This document shows, in pieces, positions 51,343 to 60,085 of a stretch of DNA of 64,000 bases. Origin of the DNA: Candidatus Ozemobacteraceae bacterium. GTDB lineage: Bacteria > Muiribacteriota > Ozemobacteria > Ozemobacterales > Ozemobacteraceae. A program made the position numbers and the translations under genes. Where the stretch lies: contig DAOOQQ010000016.1 in the NCBI GenBank assembly GCA_035388825.1, forward strand, positions 12,334-76,333, in the 5' to 3' direction. The notes under the pieces were generated by a model. It was given only the letters and a program-made list of their open reading frames with translations. It was not told the origin of the DNA and made no database searches. Position 1 is the stretch's first letter, and every line of letters starts with the position of its first letter.

Positions 51343-51443
51343 TCGCTCGTCATCTCCTGCGTTCGTATGAAATCGCCGACGGCACCCGGGGTGAAACATG
51401 TTTGTTTCTATTTATGTCGGTATAGATAAGAAAGAGGTCTCAC

Positions 51444-51878
51444 ATGAAAATTCTGGTTCTCGAAGACGACCCATTTCGGATTTCGATCATGAAAGCCCTT
51501 CTGAAGAAAGAGCGAATTCCATTCTCGATCTGTCCGGACCCCATCGATTTCCTCGTGGAACTGACCTTCAAATCTGCCGAAACGACGATCATCTCCCTGG
51601 ACCATGATCTGTCACGCATCGTACGACCGTGCGGCATCTACAGCTTCGATTGCGGCTGCGCCGTGGTCAGGTTCATGAGCCGGATGAAACCTGTTTGCCC
51701 CGTCCTGGTCCATTCCCGGAACGATCAAGAACGGCTGAGGATGATCGAAGATCTGACCGGCGCCGGATGGCTCGCTCAGCCCGTCATCGAAGACCCGACG
51801 AATGAAACCAACTGGGTCGAAAGCGCATGGATCGAGGCAATTCGTACAATGCACAAGAATGGGGAAAATAACCCCTAA
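51444..51878 (+). CDS. Small stand-alone CheY-like protein with Cys cluster, paralog B
   Basis: ILVLEDDPFRI…IISLDHDL…CGIYSFDCGCAVV…VCPVLVHSRND… Same motif positions as paralogs A and C. Confidence 0.55.
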   Translation: MKILVLEDDPFRISIMKALLKKERIPFSICPDPIDFLVELTFKSAETTIISLDHDLSRIVRPCGIYSFDCGCAVVRFMSRMKPVCPVLVHSRNDQERLRMIEDLTGAGWLAQPVIEDPTNETNWVESAWIEAIRTMHKNGENNP

Positions 51879-51896
51879 CCAACCGCGTGAGAATGC

Positions 51897-51925
51897 TTGA
51901 CATATAGAAACCATTTCTATATATT
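51897..51925 (+). promoter_or_regulatory. Sigma-70-like promoter TTGACA, 17-bp spacer, TATATT, with palindromic operator (TATAGAAA-cca-TTTCTATA) in the spacer; the ATG at 51932 suggests a leaderless transcript
   Basis: Hexamers, 17-bp spacer and 8-bp inverted-repeat arms seen directly. A second copy lies at about 54836-54864. Confidence 0.55.
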
Positions 51926-51931
51926 AGTTTT

Positions 51932-52156
51932 ATGACTACCAAGCAGCGCTTCCGGAACAAATACCGCCTCGAGATCCGCGAGCGGGACCACAATCCGGCG
52001 CATGCGCATCTTTTCGGCGGCGGTGTCGATGTGGTCATCGATCTGATCACTCTCGAGACGTCGGGCGACTGCCCCCGCGATCTCCTGGACGAGGTCGTCG
52101 GGTATGTGAGGGCGCACCGCGATGAACTGATGGAGGAGTGGAAAAAATGGCACTGA
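51932..52156 (+). CDS. DUF4160-family small protein
   Basis: …NPAHAHLF… matches the DUF4160 signature (HNPPHFH-like). Overlaps the downstream DUF2442 gene. Confidence 0.55.
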   Translation: MTTKQRFRNKYRLEIRERDHNPAHAHLFGGGVDVVIDLITLETSGDCPRDLLDEVVGYVRAHRDELMEEWKKWH

Positions 52157-52670
52157 TGAAACGGCCAAGACTGACGGCCATCAAGGCGATGCCGAATTTC
52201 AAAATGCGCCTGACTTTCCTGAACGGGGCAACCTACGTCGTCGACTTTCTTCCGCTTTTCGAGGAATCGAAAGGGCTTGCCCCTTTGCGCAATCAGAAGG
52301 CATTCGCCGACGCCATGATGGACGAATGGGGCTGGGAGATCGAATGGCCGGCGTTCGACATTCAGATCGGCGCCGACACCCTCTGGATGGACGCTCAGGC
52401 GCAGGCCGCGAAAGATCCCGCGACCCGCGACTTCATCATGTGGCGGGCGAGGAACGGCCTTTCCCTTGCCGACGCAGCCCGGGCCCTTGGCATCACGTCG
52501 CGAACCGTCTCGGCCTACGGCACGGGCGAAAGGCCGGTCCCGCTCTACATCACCCTTGCCTGCAAAGGCTGGGAGGCCGAACGCCAGCCCGGACACAAAA
52601 AAGCGGCCTGATTACAAATCAGGTCGGGTTGTCGTTCGCCGATATCGTATGCAATCCAGAGACATCAAGA
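52077..52670 (+). repeat. Direct repeat copy 1 (3' end of DUF4160 gene plus complete DUF2442-HTH gene), about 98% identical to 58008-58600 over the coding part
   Basis: Hand alignment: identical 157-aa ORFs. 3' flanks are homologous but diverged. Confidence 0.7.
52138..52611 (+). CDS. DUF2442 domain protein fused to XRE-like HTH (copy 1)
   Basis: …PRLTAIKAMPNFKMRLTFLNGATYVVDF… is the DUF2442 pattern. C-terminal LSLADAARALGITSRTVSAY is an HTH. The 157-aa protein is identical to copy 2 at 58068-58541. Confidence 0.55.
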   Translation: MEKMALMKRPRLTAIKAMPNFKMRLTFLNGATYVVDFLPLFEESKGLAPLRNQKAFADAMMDEWGWEIEWPAFDIQIGADTLWMDAQAQAAKDPATRDFIMWRARNGLSLADAARALGITSRTVSAYGTGERPVPLYITLACKGWEAERQPGHKKAA

Positions 52671-52921
52671 AAACTCTCTGTATGAACAGCCTGGCGACCA
52701 CTTGGTCCGACCGACCTCGTTTTAAAAACCTGAATTTGAAGTAATCCGTCCAATATGATACGGTTTCGAGGTCAACGTCTCTACGCGCCGTTGATGTTGA
52801 CGGATTCCTTCGGAACATATGGACGAATCAATGGAATACGCAGTTTACTAGATCAAGGCCCGTGCGCGGCCCCCAATTACTGCTGGAACGCCTTGTTGGG
52901 TATAATATATAGGAGTATATT

Positions 52922-54664
52922 ATGGCTTCACAGTTACTAAAAGAAGTTCTCATTTCCGCGAAAAAGTGTGATCTTTTGCTTCCTGATTTTCAGCGAGATT
53001 TTGTGTGGAAGCCACCCGCAGTGATCAAGCTCATTTGCTCAATATTAAACAAGTATCCAATCGGGGGACTGCTCTTCATGGAGACCGAAGGGGATTATCA
53101 GACAAGGCCCCTTGATGGTATCCCCCCAAGAGACGAAAATGAAAATCAGCCACCCATCAAGACACTAATCTTAGACGGTCAACAAAGATTAACTTCATGC
53201 TATAAAGCGTTCTTCGGAGAAATGAAGGATGCGCGCTACCCCGGCCGCTACTTCTTTGACTATAAAAAGTATGTTCTTTCTCCAAATGTGACAGGTAGCG
53301 AAATTGAAGATTATATTGTATTTCGAAAAAGGAACGAGGTTCAAGCACAACTTTCTCAGACAGCCGCAGAACAAACCGCGGGATTGTTTCCATTGGATAT
53401 CATTTTCGACAAACCTCGCGGAACGGACTACACCCAATGGCTCGCGGGTTTCAATTTTTCTGCGGCTGGTAACGACCCCGAAAAATATGCCCATTTAACA
53501 TCTATAACAGCATCCTTTCAAAGAATAATTGAGAATGTAACCTCCTATCAACTTCAGTTTGAAGCAATTCCTCGTGCGACCAGCCCAGAAGTAATATGCA
53601 CGGTATTCGAGACAATAAACACAACCGGTAAACGATTAACTGTTTTTGATCTACTTGTTGCACGATGTTTTCCAAAACAGATAAAGCTCAGAGAAATGCT
53701 CATCAAAGCCGTCGATGATCCCGTCATAAGAAGGTTTGACGATGACGAGGGAGAAGAACTTTGCACAATTGCTCTGCCAAGAATCATTTCATTAATGCAT
53801 AAGAATTCTGCAAAGCGGGGTGACTTGTTAACACTTGAACCTGAGGTAATTGGTCAAAGATGGGATGAGGCAGTGTCTGCTCTTAGGAAAAGCCTCGAGC
53901 TTGTATGGAAGGTTTTTGGTTCAATTGGCCTTCGATTTGTTCCGCTCCCAGACATGATTCCCCCGATAGCTGTTATTTTAAGCCATCCGAAGTTCGATCA
54001 ATCCAATCCAGAAAACCAGAACATGCTTAAGAAATGGTATTGGAGGTGTGTGTTTTCACAGTATTTTAGCAGTTCTTCGGATACAAAAGCGGCTCGAACC
54101 GTAAAAGAATGGACCGATTCAAATGAAGGCTGGCTCTTTGAAAGCAAGAATATTCCTGAGGTGGTCAAGAACTTTTCATTAAGCAAATATGTTTTATCAG
54201 ATGTTGCACGAAGTGATAATGCAATATACCGAGGAGTTATGAGTTTACTCATTGCAAATGGCGCAGAGGATTTTGGCCCTTCAAGGACAAAGATTGTCGA
54301 TTTACTACCTGGAGAGGTCGATGACCACCACATTTATCCGGTAAGGTTCCTCGAGCCTTCTGGTATTCGCGGAAACACAGTCAATTTTATCGCCAATAGA
54401 ACCCCATTATATAAACTAACAAATCAAAACATCGGAAACGACGCCCCGTGTGTGTATTTACAAGATGCTAACAGGGTATCTACTGAAGTAAGGAAAATGC
54501 TTCCTTCACATGGTATTCCTGAAATTATTTTCAAGGAATTTACGAAGGAGCAATATGAAAGATTTACACGAGATCGGGCATCGACGCTTCTTGAGATGAT
54601 AAAAAAGGCGGTTGAAGTGAACGAAATTGACGAGAGCCCAACAGGCGGTTCGAGCGGAAACTGA
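52922..54664 (+). CDS. GmrSD-family Type IV (modification-dependent) restriction endonuclease (DUF262/ParB-like plus DUF1524/His-Me finger)
   Basis: N-terminal LLPDFQRDFVW…LDGQQRLT DUF262 motifs. C-terminal …VDDHHIYPV… DUF1524 motif. Low-GC gene. Confidence 0.7.
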   Translation: MASQLLKEVLISAKKCDLLLPDFQRDFVWKPPAVIKLICSILNKYPIGGLLFMETEGDYQTRPLDGIPPRDENENQPPIKTLILDGQQRLTSCYKAFFGEMKDARYPGRYFFDYKKYVLSPNVTGSEIEDYIVFRKRNEVQAQLSQTAAEQTAGLFPLDIIFDKPRGTDYTQWLAGFNFSAAGNDPEKYAHLTSITASFQRIIENVTSYQLQFEAIPRATSPEVICTVFETINTTGKRLTVFDLLVARCFPKQIKLREMLIKAVDDPVIRRFDDDEGEELCTIALPRIISLMHKNSAKRGDLLTLEPEVIGQRWDEAVSALRKSLELVWKVFGSIGLRFVPLPDMIPPIAVILSHPKFDQSNPENQNMLKKWYWRCVFSQYFSSSSDTKAARTVKEWTDSNEGWLFESKNIPEVVKNFSLSKYVLSDVARSDNAIYRGVMSLLIANGAEDFGPSRTKIVDLLPGEVDDHHIYPVRFLEPSGIRGNTVNFIANRTPLYKLTNQNIGNDAPCVYLQDANRVSTEVRKMLPSHGIPEIIFKEFTKEQYERFTRDRASTLLEMIKKAVEVNEIDESPTGGSSGN

Positions 54665-54866
54665 ACGCCGGCCAGCGGTCTTGCATACGCCAGGCATGGG
54701 CTAATCCTTCAATTCAGCTCAACCGTGTTGCTCGAAGTCGAATGGAGGTTTGAATGCGTGGGCGTCCATATTTTTCCAGCCTCCTTCAAAGCCGCGCAGG
54801 AGCATCTCGCAAGTATGGGTTTCGAGAATGTTTGACATATAGAAACTATTTCTATATATTCGTTTT

Positions 54867-54968
54867 ATGACCACCAAGCACCGCTTCCGGAACAAATACC
54901 GCCTCGAGATCCGCGAGCGGGACCACAATCCGGCGCATGCGCATCTTTTCCGCGCAGGAAATCCATGA
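54867..54968 (+). pseudogene. Truncated DUF4160 gene (first about 28 codons conserved, then diverges to a stop at codon 34) with its own promoter/operator copy upstream (about 54836-54864)
   Basis: About 117 bp (54829-54945) is about 93% identical to 51890-52005. Confidence 0.6.
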
Positions 54969-55326
54969 CCTGAGAAAGTACAATCCGCCCCTCGTTCATG
55001 TTTACACCCTCCACCAATTATCGGGTGGGGGCAAACAGCCGGGAGAATCACCTCGGTTGAAATCGAAAAATCACTTCATCCTCGAAATTACCTACATTCA
55101 TCATGGTTTTCGAGAATTCTCAAATTGATATATTTTGAAAGGAGTTCATTTGTGTCCCTTTCTTCAATGTGGAATGACCAACCTGATCAGCTTGCCGACA
55201 AACAAATTCAACAAATCATTAGCTTTGCGGGCGAGGGAAAGCTGGCTGACGACTCTGCAACCTCAAAAGAGTTTAGAGACTTCCTTCAGTTGGTTACCTC
55301 GGACTTCCTGAATAAATACGTTAATG

Positions 55327-56228
55327 AACCTATCCCAGAAATATGATTGACCGTTGTACTTTCGGATCCTTGACGGTACCATCTTGGCATGGAGGTGATA
55401 CCATGCCAGGAAAATTCATTGGTCTTTCCAACTGCCAATGGGAATTGTTGAGTTCCCTCTTGCCACCCGAGCCGGAAGTCCGCTGGAAAGGGCAGCCTCC
55501 AGCCCCCTTTCGACCAATTCTTAACACTATATTCTACGTCCTGATTACTGGGTGCCGGTGGTGTGATGTCCCGGTGGGACCCAAGTGGGGAAAGCGAACC
55601 ACCTCTCATCGGTGGCTGGGAGCCTGGCTTTCTGATGGAACCTTGAAGAAAATGAAAGCCCGCCTTCTTGGCGCCGCCCATCTGGCGGGAAAGATCGACT
55701 GGAGCAACGGATCTATCGATGGGTCTTTTGCGGCAGGAAAGGGAGGCGGAGAGGGCGTTGATTACGGATTCAAGGGGAAAGGAGTTCTGACCCACGCCTT
55801 GGTAGATGGCAACGGATTGCCTTTGGCCGTGACTTCCACCGGGGCTTCGGGCAACGAACGAGAGCAGGTTGAACCTCTCTTGGACGCAGTTGCGCTGGAA
55901 ACGGGAAAAAAGGGGCGTCAGAAGAAGCGCCCTCGGTCCCTGGAGCTCGATAAAGGTTACGACGCCAGGGATCTGCGGAAAAAAAATCCGGGGTCGAGGA
56001 ATTCTCCCAAAGATTCCCCGACGAAGATGGAAAAAGGGAAAACAGCCCAGGGGGCGCAAGTTGGGAAAGCTGGAAAATCGTTGGAAGGTTGAAAGGAATT
56101 TCGCATGGTTGCAAAGAAAATTTCGGCGACTCTCTACCCGCTGGGAGAGACGCTGGAAATTCTGGGAAGGCTTCTTGATGCTGTCTATATGCATAACATG
56201 GGTTAATGTATTACTGGGATAGGTTCAT
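55327..56228 (+). mobile_element. IS5-family (IS427/IS1031-group) insertion sequence, about 0.9 kb, terminal inverted repeats GAACCTATCCCAGWAATA
   Basis: Inverted repeats found by hand at both ends. Transposase in two overlapping frames. Confidence 0.7.
55403..56222 (+). CDS. IS5-family transposase (two overlapping frames, 55403-56092 and 55869-56222; probable programmed frameshift)
   Basis: …CQWELLSSLLPPEP…ILNTIFYVLITGCRWCDVP… and C-terminal …KLENRWKVERNFAWLQRKFRRLSTRWERRWKFWEGFL…, IS5/IS427 hallmarks. Confidence 0.75.
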
Positions 56229-56737
56229 GAATGCCTCGAAGAAAAATTTGCGAATAGTGATTTTGCGCTTCAGGATATTGTTAATGAAATAGGTCGGCGC
56301 CTTGGATTTACCGTTGAAAATGGCCGTTACCATGGAAAAAAGAACGACATTGGTCACGACGGGCTTTGGATTCTCAACAACGAAAGCTCACTTATCCTAG
56401 AGGTCAAGACCACTGATGCATACCGAATTGATTTGGACCGGATTGCAGAGTATCGAACAAAGCTTGTCGAAGGAAAAAGAGTTTCCGAAAAGGCTTCTTC
56501 CATATTAATTGTTGTTGGACGCCAGGACACGGGTGATCTTGAAGCTCAGATAAGAGGCTCTCGGCATGCGTGGGACATCCGCCTGATAAGCGCAGAAGCA
56601 CTGCTTCGGTTAGTTGAGTTAAAAGAGAATCTGGACGACCCCACTGTTTCAACAAGAATTTCCGGCATTCTGATCCCTCGGGAGTATACGCGTGTTGACG
56701 CAATTATTGACCTTGTCTTCCAGCTTCGGAAGACGCC

Positions 56738-57175
56738 TTGATAGACGAAAAACAAACCCCGGAAGACGAGAAAGAGGATGAAAAGCAACCTGGACATGGA
56801 ATACTTGCAAACTTCAACCAGAATTTGGCCAATTTAATCCAAGAAAAACTGAAGACTCCTCTAATCAAAATCGCGAGAGCAATGTTTTCTTCTCCCAATG
56901 GCGACACAGTTGCCGTATGTAAGGCTTCCAAGGAGCACAGTCCTGACGAAAACCCAAATTACTGGTTTGGATTTTATGTCTTTCAGCACGAGATTCTCTC
57001 AAAGGCCGAGAAAGGCTATATTGTATTTGGATGCGGCAGCCCAAAGCAGACGCTTCTAATACCTTACAAGGAGTTTTCCAATCTTCATGGAGGAATGCAT
57101 AAGACAAATGACAAGAAGCCATATTGGCATGTTGTAATTTATCGGAATGGAGATTCGTTTATTCTCCATCGGTAG
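56738..57175 (+). CDS. Hypothetical protein (Glu/Lys-rich N-terminus; start overlaps the upstream stop, possibly a second domain of the nuclease-like gene)
   Basis: ORF only. ATGA overlap with 56741. Confidence 0.35.
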   Translation: MIDEKQTPEDEKEDEKQPGHGILANFNQNLANLIQEKLKTPLIKIARAMFSSPNGDTVAVCKASKEHSPDENPNYWFGFYVFQHEILSKAEKGYIVFGCGSPKQTLLIPYKEFSNLHGGMHKTNDKKPYWHVVIYRNGDSFILHR

Positions 57176-57421
57176 AAAAACGAGGAAAAGACCGATTTGT
57201 CCAAATACCTAATCATATAACATGCGTGTTGAGCGGAACGCCGATACTGGCCACGGGGCTTGCGTGCGCAAGTCCCGCGCCCAAAGCGCCCCGGGCCCCT
57301 CGCTTCGCCGTTGGCTACGCCCGGCGCCTGCTCAAGCGCGGCGTTCGGCAATGAGAAAATAGGCAACCCACCAAGTCTCAATTGCTCGATTAGATCCGTG
57401 TATCGTGACAGGAAAAAATCA

Positions 57422-57985
57422 ATGAAATTCTATTACTTACACATCCCTAAGTATCGTTATGGTTCATACTTGCAATTGTTCTCCAATGAGAAGGAGTGCT
57501 TCTCTTTCGATCTTTCCAATGAGGCTTCCGGAAAGATAAATTTCAAAGTTGATAGGCAAAAGTTTACCATTGAAAAATTAGGATATGGTGATTTTGAAAT
57601 TTCTAAGGATGAAGTCGATGATGTCGAGCATGAGCTTAAACTCGACAATTGTTTTAAGAACATTTCGAAAGACATTTCAAAATATTTTGTAAAAGAGAAG
57701 AGAAGCAGTAATCAAGAAATAATTAACTATATTATGATTTCTGGCAGGTTGCGATGCAAAAAGATGCCTTCCATTGGGTTTTCAGAAATCACTTTGGTTG
57801 ATTTCAACGGATTTTCCGTAAATGGACGTATTGTTGCCTATTTTAAAACAGATTCCTTGGACGAGCTTGGGATTACAATTGCAATCGACAGCGACATACA
57901 TCCTTGGATTTGTTTCTGCTCCGAAAATGTTAAAATTTCGAGGAACAAGATTTGTCGAACAAAGCGTTCCAGCGGACAGCAGTGA
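57422..57985 (+). CDS. Hypothetical protein (AT-rich)
   Basis: ORF only. Very low GC. Confidence 0.35.
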   Translation: MKFYYLHIPKYRYGSYLQLFSNEKECFSFDLSNEASGKINFKVDRQKFTIEKLGYGDFEISKDEVDDVEHELKLDNCFKNISKDISKYFVKEKRSSNQEIINYIMISGRLRCKKMPSIGFSEITLVDFNGFSVNGRIVAYFKTDSLDELGITIAIDSDIHPWICFCSENVKISRNKICRTKRSSGQQ

Positions 57986-58007
57986 AAAATTAATATGTAG
58001 AACAGTG

Positions 58008-58600
58008 CGATCTTCTGGACGAGGTTGTCGGGTATGTGAGGGCGCACCGCGATGAACTGCTGGAGGTGTGGAAAAAATGGCACTGATGAAACGGCCAAGA
58101 CTGACGGCCATCAAGGCGATGCCGAATTTCAAAATGCGCCTGACTTTCCTGAACGGGGCAACCTACGTCGTCGACTTTCTTCCGCTTTTCGAGGAATCGA
58201 AAGGGCTTGCCCCTTTGCGCAATCAGAAGGCATTCGCCGACGCCATGATGGACGAATGGGGCTGGGAGATCGAATGGCCGGCGTTCGACATTCAGATCGG
58301 CGCCGACACCCTCTGGATGGACGCTCAGGCGCAGGCCGCGAAAGATCCCGCGACCCGCGACTTCATCATGTGGCGGGCGAGGAACGGCCTTTCCCTTGCC
58401 GACGCAGCCCGGGCCCTTGGCATCACGTCGCGAACCGTCTCGGCCTACGGCACGGGCGAAAGGCCGGTCCCGCTCTACATCACCCTTGCCTGCAAAGGCT
58501 GGGAGGCCGAACGCCAGCCAGGACACAAAAAAGCGGCCTGATTACATATCAGCCTGGGCCGTCGTTTACCGGCATCGTATGCAAAGCCGTGTCAGAGGCG
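58008..58600 (+). repeat. Direct repeat copy 2 (3' fragment of DUF4160 gene plus complete DUF2442-HTH gene)
   Basis: Aligned by hand to 52077-52670. Confidence 0.7.
58068..58541 (+). CDS. DUF2442 domain protein fused to XRE-like HTH (copy 2, identical protein to 52138-52611)
   Basis: Identical 157-aa translation in the ORF track. Confidence 0.55.
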   Translation: MEKMALMKRPRLTAIKAMPNFKMRLTFLNGATYVVDFLPLFEESKGLAPLRNQKAFADAMMDEWGWEIEWPAFDIQIGADTLWMDAQAQAAKDPATRDFIMWRARNGLSLADAARALGITSRTVSAYGTGERPVPLYITLACKGWEAERQPGHKKAA

Positions 58601-58721
58601 AAAATCTCTGCATCAACAGCTTGATGACCACTCATGCCATCCAAACCTCATCGAACGCCGCAGACAAGCGGAACTTTGGGCCGTGCGCCGGCCTTGATTC
58701 AACAAGGCCCCTGAACGGCTT

Positions 58722-59969
58722 TCAATTTCCGCTCGAATCGCTGGTTAGCTGTTTCTTTTTCGAGTTTACCCTTGTAATTACCTGGATGACACCCTGGGTA
58801 GTTTGCTTTTCTCCAGATATTGCATCAGCAGACTGTTTCTCGAATTCGGCAGAATTAAAGTCCCCGCCGATCTGGTCAATAATCTCTGCATAAATTGCCT
58901 GACACAAGTGAGGGAAGAATGACTCCTCATTTTTCTTTTCCACAAAATTCTCCAGATCGTTATCTTCGCCAAATTGTCGTTGCTCGCCGAGATTCTTCTT
59001 TGCATTGTTTACGAGGTTGATTACCTGGCAATATGGATTCTTCTCATCCTGGAAGAACTTCTTCTCGAAACCATTCAGGACGGAAACGATCTTTTCATTC
59101 AAAAAAGTATCCCGATACCCAGCCTGAACACGAAGATGGTTCCTGGGCCGGGCTACAATGCTGATTGATGAATCAAAAGCGAATGTATCGTCTTCTTCGC
59201 GAAACAATCGGACTTTCAAGACGCCAATTCCATTGTCATTGGCAAAGTCAATTGCGTCCTCATCAAGTTCGGTTTCTCGCTCCTCAAATACATCAAAAAC
59301 AACCAGCCATTTTTCATTTGCCCAGCTTCCATTGATTGCAGTTTCCGCCAGCGCAGAGAGTAGTTCTCCGCGAATCAACGGGCCGCACTTCAATTCAATT
59401 GATGACAGAACCCAGTTGGGGAGGTTGTCAACCGACTGAATTAATCTGCCTATTTCTGGATTCGCAAAAGCTTTTTTAAATTCATTCTCGCGAACCATTA
59501 TCATATCAGGATTTGCCCACTTTTGATTCGATTGCTTGGGCGGAAGCGACAGAACTTTAGCCTCAAATTTCCTTTCCAATACTATTGAAGCTGGCAGATG
59601 CAAGAACGCTTCCCAGTTTTCCCGTTCTTCTTGATTCGTTTGTTCAGAAGGTTTCTTTCCTCTTTTCAGTTTTCCATCCTTGCCTTCCCCCTCAGTTATG
59701 GAAACTCTGCTTTCGGCAATCTCGGAAAGTAACTGGTATCCCTTTTTTGGCCCAGGGTGGTGGAGTGTTCTACCTACGGCCCTTTTTAAATAGTTAATGA
59801 GATTTGTTTCAACTTGTAAATCCGACAATTCATCGGTGGTAATGCTGACTTCATTGAAAGACCTTGTGACAAGGTCAGCGATTTGGCCCGCTGAAAGATT
59901 TGAGGTCATTTTCAAAGCGAGAAGCTTCTCCAACTTTTCTTGAAGTCCCGGAAATTTCGCTTTGCTCAT
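58722..59969 (-). CDS. Hypothetical protein (415 aa, AT-rich)
   Basis: ORF only. No confident domain. Confidence 0.4.
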   Translation of the reverse strand: MSKAKFPGLQEKLEKLLALKMTSNLSAGQIADLVTRSFNEVSITTDELSDLQVETNLINYLKRAVGRTLHHPGPKKGYQLLSEIAESRVSITEGEGKDGKLKRGKKPSEQTNQEERENWEAFLHLPASIVLERKFEAKVLSLPPKQSNQKWANPDMIMVRENEFKKAFANPEIGRLIQSVDNLPNWVLSSIELKCGPLIRGELLSALAETAINGSWANEKWLVVFDVFEERETELDEDAIDFANDNGIGVLKVRLFREEDDTFAFDSSISIVARPRNHLRVQAGYRDTFLNEKIVSVLNGFEKKFFQDEKNPYCQVINLVNNAKKNLGEQRQFGEDNDLENFVEKKNEESFFPHLCQAIYAEIIDQIGGDFNSAEFEKQSADAISGEKQTTQGVIQVITRVNSKKKQLTSDSSGN

Positions 59970-60085
59970 AAAAACTCCTTAACTGTTTTTGACAGCTATG
60001 TGCGCATTCCTATAAATCCGCCCATCTGCTCCGAATGAATTCGTCCGACCTTTCGGAGCAAAGCCGCACGCCTCACGACACGAAA

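Larger units (their letters stand above)
55125..56741 (+). pseudogene. PD-(D/E)xK nuclease-fold (restriction-endonuclease-like) gene split by the IS5-family insertion. N-part 55125-55326; C-part about 56230-56741.
   Basis: Removing the IS restores one frame …FLNKYVNE|CLEEKFANSDFALQDIVNEIGRRLGF…DIGHDGLWIL…SLILEVKTT… (D…E-x-K motif). Confidence 0.5.
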
